Below are positions 30,782 through 39,920 of a DNA stretch of 64,000 bases, piece after piece. Made by a program: the position numbers and the translations under genes. The DNA comes from a virus. The stretch is taken from IMG/VR virus record IMGVR_UViG_3300010430_000007, positions 69,912-133,911 of that record; one strand, given 5' to 3'. Positions within the stretch are counted from its first letter, which is position 1; each line of letters starts with the position of its first letter. The notes below the pieces were generated by a model. That model saw only the letters and a program-made list of their open reading frames with translations. It was not told the origin of the DNA and made no database searches.

Positions 30782-31090
30782 ATGAATAAAATGATTGTAA
30801 AACCTTATGTACAGACAATTACAACAACAACTACGGGGGAATCTACAGTACTGCCTACTGGATTAAAGTTATTAAAAATCACTAATGATGATGCAACTAA
30901 CTTTACTACAATTTCGTTTAATGCGGCAATTGGAACAGCAGACAACCCAGAAGGTGTGTTATTAGCAGGTGCTCCAGTAGATTTTACGAACTCTGCACAA
31001 TTAATTGGTACACCAATTGAAGGAATGACGTTACATTCTAAGTCGGACACAGCAGATGTAAATATCACAATTGTAGGATACATTTCGTAA
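30782..31090 (+). CDS. small beta-rich structural protein
   Basis: AAGGA RBS, 102 aa, Thr-rich. Confidence 0.5.
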   Translation: MNKMIVKPYVQTITTTTTGESTVLPTGLKLLKITNDDATNFTTISFNAAIGTADNPEGVLLAGAPVDFTNSAQLIGTPIEGMTLHSKSDTADVNITIVGYIS

Positions 31091-31206
31091 TGATTAATTG
31101 GGGGATTGAAATATATCTCCCTTTAATTTAAATAAGCGAATCATTTGGTTGATTCGTTTTATTATTGTATAAATAAGACCAAATAATGAAAGGGATGAAT
31201 TAAATA

Positions 31207-31545
31207 ATGGCAACATATGATAGTTATAGTAATATTAAATTTTCAACTACAGCGATAGAAGAAGATATACTATTAAATTCTGATATAAAAGCATCAATAA
31301 TGAGAAAAAGAGCAATAACTACGGATGAACAGTACACAGATTTATTAACAAAAGGAATACCAGATATGGACTTCATGATATTTGCATCTGACACTAGAAT
31401 ATCAGCAAATGATATAGATTATTCAGAGGGAGAGCTGTTAAATAATAAGATATATGTGTCTGGTGACTACTTGAGAAAAAGTATCAAATCAATAAAATCA
31501 GAAGCTATTATAACTGATGCAATTTTCAGTTATAATTTATTGTAA
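31207..31545 (+). CDS. hypothetical protein
   Basis: 112 aa ORF. Confidence 0.5.
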   Translation: MATYDSYSNIKFSTTAIEEDILLNSDIKASIMRKRAITTDEQYTDLLTKGIPDMDFMIFASDTRISANDIDYSEGELLNNKIYVSGDYLRKSIKSIKSEAIITDAIFSYNLL

Positions 31546-31554
31546 GGTGATATT

Positions 31555-34500
31555 ATGAATACATCTAAAACAATAGGGCTAATATTAGCATTTTTAGAAG
31601 CAAATGGAGTGCCATCGAATATTCTAATAGAAGTTTCAGAATATCTAGGAGACGGGAATACGCAATCTCTAGAAGATGGAAACTGGAAAATAGAAATAGT
31701 AGGAGATTTTTTAAAATTCTTTAGAAGAGAGACTGGAACATGGGTAGAAAGAGCAAGCTTTGGTTCTTCTGTAACAACAGATAGATTTATTATAGAAGAT
31801 ACAGCAGGTTCTGTAGTATTTATTGACTCACTTGGTGGCACAAACACATTATTAAAACCATCAATTGACGAAGTGGGAGCGGTATTAGGTAATCCGACTG
31901 GTCGAGTAGCATTAATTCATAATGGAGAGCTTTTTAGTGTCGAATTTGATGATACAACTATACTTGAAGACCAAGTACAAACCAGTACAGCACAGTTCGA
32001 AACTGGAACTGATTTTGAATATGAATTCGTAACAACTCGTGTTGAGTCGCTTATAACAGGTGAGATATCTTTGGCAAATATACCAGTTGGAACAACTGCT
32101 AGAGTTTCATTATTGTCAACCGATGATGTTCTTTTAACAGAGAATGTAAGTGAATTTGATTTCAATCAAGGAAATGGAGAGCCAGTTTCTAATGGACTTA
32201 ATGAAATACCATTGAGAGAAAGTTTAGCATTATCTCAAGGATTTAATTTTAAAGTTAGATTGCAATTAAGCAATTCGGGTGATATACAGGGTGATATCGT
32301 TGACTTAGGAGACGGACTTGGAACAAGATTTGTCTCTTATTTGGTTATTGATTATTATCTTGGTGAACAACAAAATATAATTACGAATAAGGATGATAAT
32401 ACAAGTGGTTTTGATTTCGTGTTAGATGAGGATAATTTGGGTTCTAATTCAGACACTAAAGTTGCAACCCAACAATCAATTAAAGCTTACGTTGACAACA
32501 AAGTAACGTCTGGAATGACATACAAAGGTGGTTATGATGCTTCTACAAACACGCCAAATCTTGAAATAGCACCTACTGGAGTTGTGATAGGAGATTTCTA
32601 TACTGTAACTGTAGCTGGTACGTTTTTCTCTAAGGATGTTGAAATAGGTGATGCATTGATTGCAGAAATTGATGACCCTTCGGTTGAGGGTGACTGGACT
32701 ATATTGCTCAGACATTTAGATGCCGTATCAATTAAGAATTTATATGAATCAAATCCAGATACTAATGCTTTTACAGATTCTTATCAATCTCAAGTCGATG
32801 CAAATACTCTGAAGGTTACTAATGCAACTCATACAGGAGAGGTAACAGGAGCTACTGGATTAACGGTAAATCCTACAGCAATTAGCAATAAACCATTGGC
32901 TGAAGCAAGTGGAGATATGGAAATATTAGTTAATGATGCTGGAACTTTAAAGAAAATAAATGCTAGCGAGTTTACAGACGGAGATGATGAGACAAAAGAA
33001 CCCACTGGTTTCTTGTTAGACTCAACCACTGGTGAAATTGATTTAACTAGTTCAGAATTGCTATTTGTGAATGGGACTAGAACTTTTACAATACAGCCAA
33101 AAGCACCAGAAACAGAATTTTCTGTTATTCAAAATGGTAAGAAGTATACATTCAGTAGTGCTCAGAATATTGTAATTGATGATACAGAAGGAATGCACTT
33201 TTTATACTTTGACGATGGAGTTTTAACAAAAACAACTATGTTCGATGCAAATATTATATATTCAAAAGTATTTATCACTGCGATTTATTGGGACAAAACT
33301 AATCAGCAACAAATTTACTTTGGCGAAGAACGGCATGGATGCAAGATGGACGGACACACTCATGCTAGAATACATCAAGGCGATGGCACATTGTATCTAT
33401 TTGGCTTGGGATTGAATGCGTTCAATATTGGTAATGGTGACTTAAATATACATGCTCAATTTGGAGCAGATTCTGGACAAATTAAAGATGAAGATATATT
33501 GTTAGATTTAAGTTCAATAGCTAGTACAGTCGGATTGCCAGTTTATTACAAGTTAGGTGCGTCAGGTGATTGGAGAAGAGAATTTAATTCAGGATATAGT
33601 GTATTAAATAGTGGAACTGTAGATGATAGATTAGTATGGAATGAATTTACAGGCGGAGCATGGCAAAAGACTGAGGTTACTCAGGGTGATTTTGTTTTAT
33701 GTCATATATTTGCAACTAATGACATAGACTATCCGTTTATTTCTGTAATGGGTCAAAATGAGTATGGCAACGTTAGTTCAGCTAGACAAGGGGCAATTGA
33801 TGAGATCAATACATTGATAACTGAAGGTTTGCCTTTTGCTGAATTTGTGGCAGTTGGTACAGTTATATTTCAAACTAGAACAACATATGCGAATGCTATA
33901 AATGCCAGAATTGTACAGACTGATACTGGTGAAGACTATGTTGACTGGAGAGGAAGGGGAATCTCTCCTAGTGGTGGATTAAATGTAAATCATAATTCTT
34001 TAGCTGGATTACAAGGTGGTGCAGTTGATGAATATTATCATTTAACTTTAGCTCAACAGACAGGATTAACAGATGGAGGAGAAACTACACTCCACTCACA
34101 TCCGAATGGAGATGCAGGCGGATTCACATTACACTTTGATGCTAATGATGCGATATATAATATTAACCATAGAGCAACTGCTAGTTCTAGAAATGGTCAT
34201 CCTATTATTAAATTTAGTGATGCTGATGCTGATGGAGTAACGTTTGGTGATACTATTCCTAATGCTTATGGTGCAGAAACTATCACAGTTGATATTGATT
34301 GGGTAGCTGAAACCGCTACATCCGGTGCTGTTAGCTGGTTCGTATCATTTGAGCACAATGCTCCTAATGACAATGATATAGATTCAGATTCATACGCCAC
34401 TGCTAAGAGTGGAACAAGTACAACTAATGTGACTAACGGCAAAATCACTAGAACTTCTATTACATTTACTCAAGTAGAAGCTGATGGAGTAACTGCTAAT

Positions 34501-34596
34501 GACCACTTTAGATTAAAGCTGATTCGTGACCCTGCTGATGTTGGAGATACCATGAGTGGAGATGCAGAGTTGCTCAAAATAAGTGTTAGGGTGTGA
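31555..34596 (+). CDS. large fibre/appendage-like structural protein (1013 aa)
   Basis: DEDNLGSNSDTKVATQQSIKAYVD and YKGGYDASTNTP segments typical of phage fibre proteins; Gly/Thr/Asp-rich. Confidence 0.6.
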   Translation: MNTSKTIGLILAFLEANGVPSNILIEVSEYLGDGNTQSLEDGNWKIEIVGDFLKFFRRETGTWVERASFGSSVTTDRFIIEDTAGSVVFIDSLGGTNTLLKPSIDEVGAVLGNPTGRVALIHNGELFSVEFDDTTILEDQVQTSTAQFETGTDFEYEFVTTRVESLITGEISLANIPVGTTARVSLLSTDDVLLTENVSEFDFNQGNGEPVSNGLNEIPLRESLALSQGFNFKVRLQLSNSGDIQGDIVDLGDGLGTRFVSYLVIDYYLGEQQNIITNKDDNTSGFDFVLDEDNLGSNSDTKVATQQSIKAYVDNKVTSGMTYKGGYDASTNTPNLEIAPTGVVIGDFYTVTVAGTFFSKDVEIGDALIAEIDDPSVEGDWTILLRHLDAVSIKNLYESNPDTNAFTDSYQSQVDANTLKVTNATHTGEVTGATGLTVNPTAISNKPLAEASGDMEILVNDAGTLKKINASEFTDGDDETKEPTGFLLDSTTGEIDLTSSELLFVNGTRTFTIQPKAPETEFSVIQNGKKYTFSSAQNIVIDDTEGMHFLYFDDGVLTKTTMFDANIIYSKVFITAIYWDKTNQQQIYFGEERHGCKMDGHTHARIHQGDGTLYLFGLGLNAFNIGNGDLNIHAQFGADSGQIKDEDILLDLSSIASTVGLPVYYKLGASGDWRREFNSGYSVLNSGTVDDRLVWNEFTGGAWQKTEVTQGDFVLCHIFATNDIDYPFISVMGQNEYGNVSSARQGAIDEINTLITEGLPFAEFVAVGTVIFQTRTTYANAINARIVQTDTGEDYVDWRGRGISPSGGLNVNHNSLAGLQGGAVDEYYHLTLAQQTGLTDGGETTLHSHPNGDAGGFTLHFDANDAIYNINHRATASSRNGHPIIKFSDADADGVTFGDTIPNAYGAETITVDIDWVAETATSGAVSWFVSFEHNAPNDNDIDSDSYATAKSGTSTTNVTNGKITRTSITFTQVEADGVTANDHFRLKLIRDPADVGDTMSGDAELLKISVRV

Positions 34597-34600
34597 TACT

Positions 34601-35254
34601 ATGTCTAGAAATTTTAATGGTACTACATCTGATTATTTAAACGCTGGTACTTCACCATACTTAAATTTTACAGCTCATATGACTGCATCTATTTGGGTAA
34701 GAAAACAAACTAGTGCAGGTTCAAAAATATTTGGCAAATGGCATGACAGTATAGGACAACAATGGCTTATACAATTAGGTAGTTCCGACTTATTATACGC
34801 ATTGTATATAGATGGAGCTGGAGTAAAGATTTTAAACTCAAATCCCAATGTATTATCTCTTAATGTATGGCAACATATAGCAGTAACATATGATGGTTTA
34901 GCTATGAAAATTTATGTAGATGGAGCACTACAGGGAACACGTTCTCAATCCGGAGACATTATCAGCAGACCATCAACTAATCTCACATTTGGAATAGGTT
35001 CAAATTTGGATTCGCCATTTGAGGGAGACCTTGGACATTCTGCTTTATGGGATGTTAGTCTAAGTGATTATGAGATTGTGTCACTATCTAATGGAATAAA
35101 TCCATTACAAATAAGAACAAATAATTTATTAGAATACTGGGCTATTAACGGGCGAAGCCCAGAGCCGGGGATTGTGCATGAGTGTGATGCCGTTGTAAAT
35201 GGAACAATTGTATCAAACGAACCACCAATACCAAACAGTATAAAGAGTCCATAA
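34601..35254 (+). CDS. LamG/concanavalin A-like domain protein
   Basis: MTASIWVR...WQHIAVTYDG..MKIYVDG...F.GDL...ALW...LS..EI pattern. Confidence 0.8.
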   Translation: MSRNFNGTTSDYLNAGTSPYLNFTAHMTASIWVRKQTSAGSKIFGKWHDSIGQQWLIQLGSSDLLYALYIDGAGVKILNSNPNVLSLNVWQHIAVTYDGLAMKIYVDGALQGTRSQSGDIISRPSTNLTFGIGSNLDSPFEGDLGHSALWDVSLSDYEIVSLSNGINPLQIRTNNLLEYWAINGRSPEPGIVHECDAVVNGTIVSNEPPIPNSIKSP

Positions 35255-35292
35255 AGGAACAATTAAAATGAAATAAAATTTTAAATAAATGC

Positions 35293-35321
35293 TTGACAAA
35301 TCTCAATTCCTATGATATATT
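35293..35321 (+). promoter_or_regulatory. sigma-A-type promoter inside the late region
   Basis: TTGACA-17-TATATT with TG extension. Confidence 0.7.
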
Positions 35322-35363
35322 ATGTATAAACGAATATGTTTTATATTATAGGAGGAGAGATTT

Positions 35364-35759
35364 ATGAAAATCAATAAGGAAAGAAATGCAGTTTCAAATA
35401 CATTAATGTTTATATTTGGAACCATAGTATTAGTAGCAATGGTAGTAGTTGGTAATGTTTATTCTAAAAATGGTGTTTTTGAAATCAATAGTAGTATTGA
35501 AAAATTATCATCATTCATTGCGTTGTCTATACTGTTAGTAATTGTGCTTGGAGTATACCAATCTATTGTATCAACAGTATTGTTGAATAGAGTAGAGGCA
35601 TCAGCAAGAAGAAGTGAAAACTTAGTAGAGGCATTGAGCGATACGGTTAATATTTTCTTTAAGACATATCTTAGAAAAGAGAAAAGTGTCCAAGAATCTA
35701 TCAAAGAAATCAAAGAGACTTTAGACAAAGTCGGAATCGAGGATGATAGGTTATGTTAG
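35364..35759 (+). CDS. two-TM membrane protein
   Basis: GGAGGAG RBS; two hydrophobic segments then a helical tail. Confidence 0.65.
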   Translation: MKINKERNAVSNTLMFIFGTIVLVAMVVVGNVYSKNGVFEINSSIEKLSSFIALSILLVIVLGVYQSIVSTVLLNRVEASARRSENLVEALSDTVNIFFKTYLRKEKSVQESIKEIKETLDKVGIEDDRLC

Positions 35760-36250
35760 AGATGTTTTTAACTTGGTTGCTACTCAATGTTCCAGAAGGT
35801 GCCTTGGTTACTAATTTAATGTTTAGAGAATACGGATATAAAGAAAATAGAATTGATTATTTAATTGCAACTATATTTTCATCAGCTATAATCTTTATAG
35901 TTCCAGAGGTTATAACAAATGACATGCTTTATATGCCAGTATTAATTGTAATGATTAGCTTTATGTTTTATAATGGATATAAAATTTCAATTAAACGCTC
36001 AATTTATTCAAGTATACAACTAATGATTATTACAGGTATTGCTCAAATTCCATTGATGTATGTTTTAAATTGTACAATTGGATTAAATGAATATTTTCAA
36101 TTAGATACGATATCTAAGTTTATTATAATGATGCCGTCTAGATTTGTTGAATTTGTAATATTAAAAAAACTATTAAAAGGGGAAATTAAAATGAAAAAAG
36201 TATGGTTACTAGGAAAATCAACAAGAAGAAACAGAGGAGAGAAGGCATAA
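35753..36250 (+). CDS. polytopic membrane protein, reminiscent of an AgrC-type sensor input domain without kinase
   Basis: about five hydrophobic segments; basic C-terminal tail. Confidence 0.45.
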   Translation: MLEMFLTWLLLNVPEGALVTNLMFREYGYKENRIDYLIATIFSSAIIFIVPEVITNDMLYMPVLIVMISFMFYNGYKISIKRSIYSSIQLMIITGIAQIPLMYVLNCTIGLNEYFQLDTISKFIIMMPSRFVEFVILKKLLKGEIKMKKVWLLGKSTRRNRGEKA

Positions 36251-36263
36251 GCCTTCTTTTCTT

Positions 36264-36689
36264 ATGTATTGGAGAATTTCAGATGCTATATTAAATTGCC
36301 TAAACATAGCCGATGATGAAAAAGGAAAAGATATGGATGAAATTATTAGACTGGTATTGCATATATTTGTATCGTCTTTAATGATATTGTTTATATCTTT
36401 TAAATTAAATTGTATATACACAACAATATTTAGTGTGATTATATACCAGTTCACAAGATTTGCGATTGAAGAAGATATATTCTTTGACTTTAGTTCATAT
36501 GAGAAATGTGGATTGTTTTCAACACTAATATTCTGCACAATTGGATTTGTTTCCAATTTACCAATAGGTGATTTTTACACATGTCTAGCTACGAGTGGAA
36601 TTTTAACAATTGGGTTCATATGTATGTCTACGACAAATATTGGAAAAAATATTTTGAAATTTATGGATAATCTCTTGACAATTAAGTAA
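36264..36689 (+). CDS. AgrB-like membrane protein (divergent)
   Basis: TM segments with R...SS..KC...ST.IF pattern resembling the AgrB R..GG.H..S...C motif; His not conserved. Confidence 0.45.
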   Translation: MYWRISDAILNCLNIADDEKGKDMDEIIRLVLHIFVSSLMILFISFKLNCIYTTIFSVIIYQFTRFAIEEDIFFDFSSYEKCGLFSTLIFCTIGFVSNLPIGDFYTCLATSGILTIGFICMSTTNIGKNILKFMDNLLTIK

Positions 36690-36703
36690 TATTATGCTAA
36701 CAT
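36675..36703 (+). promoter_or_regulatory. sigma-A-type promoter
   Basis: TTGACA-17-TAACAT with TG extension. Confidence 0.6.
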
Positions 36704-36731
36704 TGTCTTATAAGATGATGGGAGGGATAAT

Positions 36732-37127
36732 ATGAAAAAGAATTTTGTTAGGTTGTTATTCGTATTCACAATACTGTCTTCTGTGTTTATATTCTTTAAC
36801 ATAGGCATAGAAGCAGGTATTGATGTTGAGTTTTGGAAACACGAGACGCAAACTTTAGAAAGAGTAGGGGAGGTTTTGTCGTCAAGGGTTATTGAACACA
36901 TGGACTCTACTGGAAGGATTGTAAATAAGACAGAAGCTGAACTGTATGCAATAAAGAAATCTATGTGCGTATTTATATTTATGTTAAGTATACAATTTTT
37001 AGTAATATACGAAGTAAAAGTAAGTGGCAAAAAACTTTCAAGAGAAATTGCCGATGGTGCGGATAGCACAAATAAAATCATGTTTAATTTATTTAAAAGA
37101 ATCGGCGGTGGTCGTGATGAGAGATAG
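36732..37127 (+). CDS. two-TM membrane protein
   Basis: GGGAGG RBS; same 131 aa length and layout as 35364..35759. Confidence 0.65.
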   Translation: MKKNFVRLLFVFTILSSVFIFFNIGIEAGIDVEFWKHETQTLERVGEVLSSRVIEHMDSTGRIVNKTEAELYAIKKSMCVFIFMLSIQFLVIYEVKVSGKKLSREIADGADSTNKIMFNLFKRIGGGRDER

Positions 37128-37569
37128 AGAGAGTAGAGTGATGAGAAAAATATCAAACAATCTTGAATACATTACAGACTTATTTGAAAGTGTACACGAA
37201 AAACATTCAATCGAAATAACAGAGCAAAATGAGATAAAGTGGGGAGAAGATTTGGGGATATCGTTATTTAGAGCTGGCGAATCTGTTGTGTTGTGTTATA
37301 ATGAAATCAGTGATGAATATGAAATATACCATCAAAATAAAGCAAGTAATAAAGGTGGTACGAAGCAACACTATCACCTACAATTTAAAAATCCTCAACT
37401 TCCTAAAGTGATATCAAACATGATAACATTACATTTTGACTATTCTAAACAAATTAAGAAAAAGAAGAAAAAGTTGAGTGGTTTCGACATATTAAAACAG
37501 GAAAAAGAGAAGGAATTAGAAAGAAAAAGAGAGAAGAGGAAACTTAAAGAGTGGAAGAACAAGACGTAG
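37117..37569 (+). CDS. hypothetical protein with Lys-rich C-terminus
   Basis: ATG at 37117 overlapping the upstream gene. Confidence 0.55.
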   Translation: MRDRESRVMRKISNNLEYITDLFESVHEKHSIEITEQNEIKWGEDLGISLFRAGESVVLCYNEISDEYEIYHQNKASNKGGTKQHYHLQFKNPQLPKVISNMITLHFDYSKQIKKKKKKLSGFDILKQEKEKELERKREKRKLKEWKNKT

Positions 37570-37690
37570 TTAACTCTGCGTCTTTTACTATATATTGATA
37601 AACACCATGAAATGGGTATTTTATTGTAAAGGAGGAATTGCGAATGACAGATTTTATGTCAGAAATTAAAACATAGGAGGAATTTGATAT

Positions 37691-38713
37691 ATGAGCAAAG
37701 ATTATGATAAGCATATGTTGAGAGAAAGAGCAGAGAGAGCACCTGATATCACTGATGAAATGTGGTCGCAGGTATCAGAACACAATAGAATGATTGTAGA
37801 CGAATTCTTTGAATCTAGTTCTCATCTATCTAAAACAAGTATCTCACAATATAAATCAGCATTGAGAATATTCTTTTGGTGGGTACATGTAAAACTAAAA
37901 GACAAACCAATGTATAATATTAAAAAGAGGGATTTCTTAAAATATGTTTCTCATTTAAAAGATAAAGGATTTTCATCAAGTGGATTAAAACTAAAGAAGT
38001 CTGCTGTAAGTAGTTTATGTAACTTTATAGAAAATGTATTATCTGATGACGAGGAATTTAAAGAGTATGAAAAGTTTAGAAATTTCTGTAGAGGCTTACC
38101 AGCTCAGTCTTCAAATGTAGTTTATGAAAAGATTCCAATGACAAGAGAAGAATATGATAAAGTTATGGAGTACTTAAAAGAAAAAGAAGACTATTTAGGA
38201 ATGGCTTTTCACGCTACATCATTTAATGTTGGTGGTAGAAGAAATGAGATTAGAAACCTCAAGAGTGAAATCGCAACTTATGAAAATGAAAAAGATAGTG
38301 AAGGAAATGAATTGCCGTTTGTATTATCTCATATAGTTTATGGCAAAGGTAGAGATGGCGGAAAGCCATTAAAGTTTATGATTAATAATGAGGCTATGGA
38401 ATACATTAGACTATGGTTAGAACAACGTAGGTATGAGAATGAGTATATATTTACAGTTAAATATGCAGGAAACAATAGTCAGATTGGACTTAGTTGGGCA
38501 AATAATTTCTGTCAGAATATAGTCTCGATTGTACTAGACCGTAGATTTACAATGCATAACTACAAAGCATCTGCAATTACTCACTTACTTGAACAAGGTG
38601 TTGACATGAAAGCCGTATCTAAATATGTGGCCCACCACGAAAACTCTGCAACCACTGAGAAATTCTACGACCTTCGAAGTGACGAAGAAGAAAAGAATAG
38701 TATTTTTAAATAA
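37691..38713 (+). CDS. tyrosine recombinase (YomM-like)
   Basis: N-terminal SAM-like region (YKSALR.FF); GGRRNE (R), GKG (K), HNYK, VAHH...TTEKFY (Y). Confidence 0.85.
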   Translation: MSKDYDKHMLRERAERAPDITDEMWSQVSEHNRMIVDEFFESSSHLSKTSISQYKSALRIFFWWVHVKLKDKPMYNIKKRDFLKYVSHLKDKGFSSSGLKLKKSAVSSLCNFIENVLSDDEEFKEYEKFRNFCRGLPAQSSNVVYEKIPMTREEYDKVMEYLKEKEDYLGMAFHATSFNVGGRRNEIRNLKSEIATYENEKDSEGNELPFVLSHIVYGKGRDGGKPLKFMINNEAMEYIRLWLEQRRYENEYIFTVKYAGNNSQIGLSWANNFCQNIVSIVLDRRFTMHNYKASAITHLLEQGVDMKAVSKYVAHHENSATTEKFYDLRSDEEEKNSIFK

Positions 38714-38717
38714 ACGC

Positions 38718-38841
38718 TTGACAACTTCAATAAAATATGCTAATATAATATTGTACTTAAAACACCGCTTGAAGAGCCACGAAAATTAATTAAAATAATT
38801 TTGATAAAAGTGTTGACAAGTGGAAATAAGTATGATATAGT
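38718..38841 (+). promoter_or_regulatory. tandem sigma-A-type promoters feeding the RNA region
   Basis: TTGACA(38718)-17-TAATAT and TTGACA(38813)-17-TATAGT, both with TG extension. Confidence 0.7.
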
Positions 38842-39071
38842 ATAAGAGAGTTAAATATGAGCCTAACTGGTGGGCGATTAAATGCACGAGTCTGACTTGA
38901 CTGAATCAAGAGTAGGAGTTTATAGTGGTGTCTCTGAAAATAAAAACCACTTACCAAGTAGACACCGACACCTCTCAACGAAGTGCAACAAGGGTACACT
39001 TAACATTCTAGAAAGTGGAGTGCGGTTGTTATGACTTTCCAACTAGGTCTTTTAGTAAAGTCGAAATATAT

Positions 39072-39191
39072 GTAAGTGACGCAACGTGTGTTCGATTCAC
39101 ATGGGTATGAGAATACAACTGGAGTAAATTGCAAGGGTGACGTAAGCAGATATGCGATATAGGTGAGTTCGATTCTCATCCACTTACACCA
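39072..39191 (+). ncRNA. tRNA-like element with two T-loop hairpins and 3' CCA
   Basis: GTAAGTG/CACTTAC acceptor-like stem plus A-CCA; two TTCGATT loops; no canonical anticodon arm. Confidence 0.5.
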
Positions 39192-39259
39192 ATCCGAGAG
39201 GATAAAGTTTACGTAGACAGATAGACAATTAGAAAGATAGTAGAAAAGGAGAATGAATT

Positions 39260-39658
39260 ATGATTATTAAGTATTACAATAACGGATGGAATTACATTGA
39301 CAATGTTGAAGATGTGAAATGGATTAATAAGACAGTTGAGTTAACTGAAGAGCTGAGTGGTCAAAAACAAGTTCAAGGTAGAATTTATGTGACTAAAGGC
39401 GATATGGATGCATTCGAGAACAGAATCCACGGAGACGTTGAGTTTCAGTTGGAGAAGTATAATAAAATTGTAGTACCGTTTCATCATGTAAATATGCAAA
39501 TTGATTATGATGATTTGAAAAGAGTATTGAAACAAGATAAACATGCGTACATTAGACTATTAGTATATAGAAAAGGTATGGACACTTTTGTATTGGCTTT
39601 TAGTCATGCAGGATATTTACTGAATGATAATGGTAAAACTGTAGAAACGATAAAATAG
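39260..39658 (+). CDS. hypothetical protein (132 aa) inside the candidate ncRNA
   Basis: AAGGAG RBS; MIIKY...GW.YID.V...YLLNDNGKTVETI. Confidence 0.7.
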   Translation: MIIKYYNNGWNYIDNVEDVKWINKTVELTEELSGQKQVQGRIYVTKGDMDAFENRIHGDVEFQLEKYNKIVVPFHHVNMQIDYDDLKRVLKQDKHAYIRLLVYRKGMDTFVLAFSHAGYLLNDNGKTVETIK

Positions 39659-39920
39659 TCATTTCATCCAAAACTCCGCTTTGATTATGTGTGAGTGGTA
39701 AGATGGGAAATAGGGTGTCAAGTAGTTTTAATGCTTGTGTAATTCCCAACCAGTGCTGATACTTAAATGGACGGCTGAAAAACTGGTCTATAAGTTTATT
39801 TCTACAGGACAGAAAATGTAGCCGTGGAAAGTTTAGAGTAGACTTGTTGTCTGTAGCGAACAAAACAGACAGGTGAGGCACTTCATCTAGATGGGGAGAA
39901 ATCTCAAGTGCCGTTTATAT

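Larger units (their letters stand above)
38860..39915 (+). ncRNA. candidate large structured ncRNA (GOLLD/ROOL-like) enclosing an ORF
   Basis: nested long-range helices 38866-38901 with 39717-39754 and 39012-39021 with 39673-39682; several local hairpins; ends just before a tRNA. Confidence 0.5.

Noticed and set aside
35753-36689. Complete agrBDCA quorum-sensing operon
   Set aside because: No histidine kinase domain, response regulator or canonical AgrD propeptide is present.
37691-38713. Calling the recombinase the prophage integrase
   Set aside because: It lies mid tail module like SPbeta yomM; no att core or host junction is visible.
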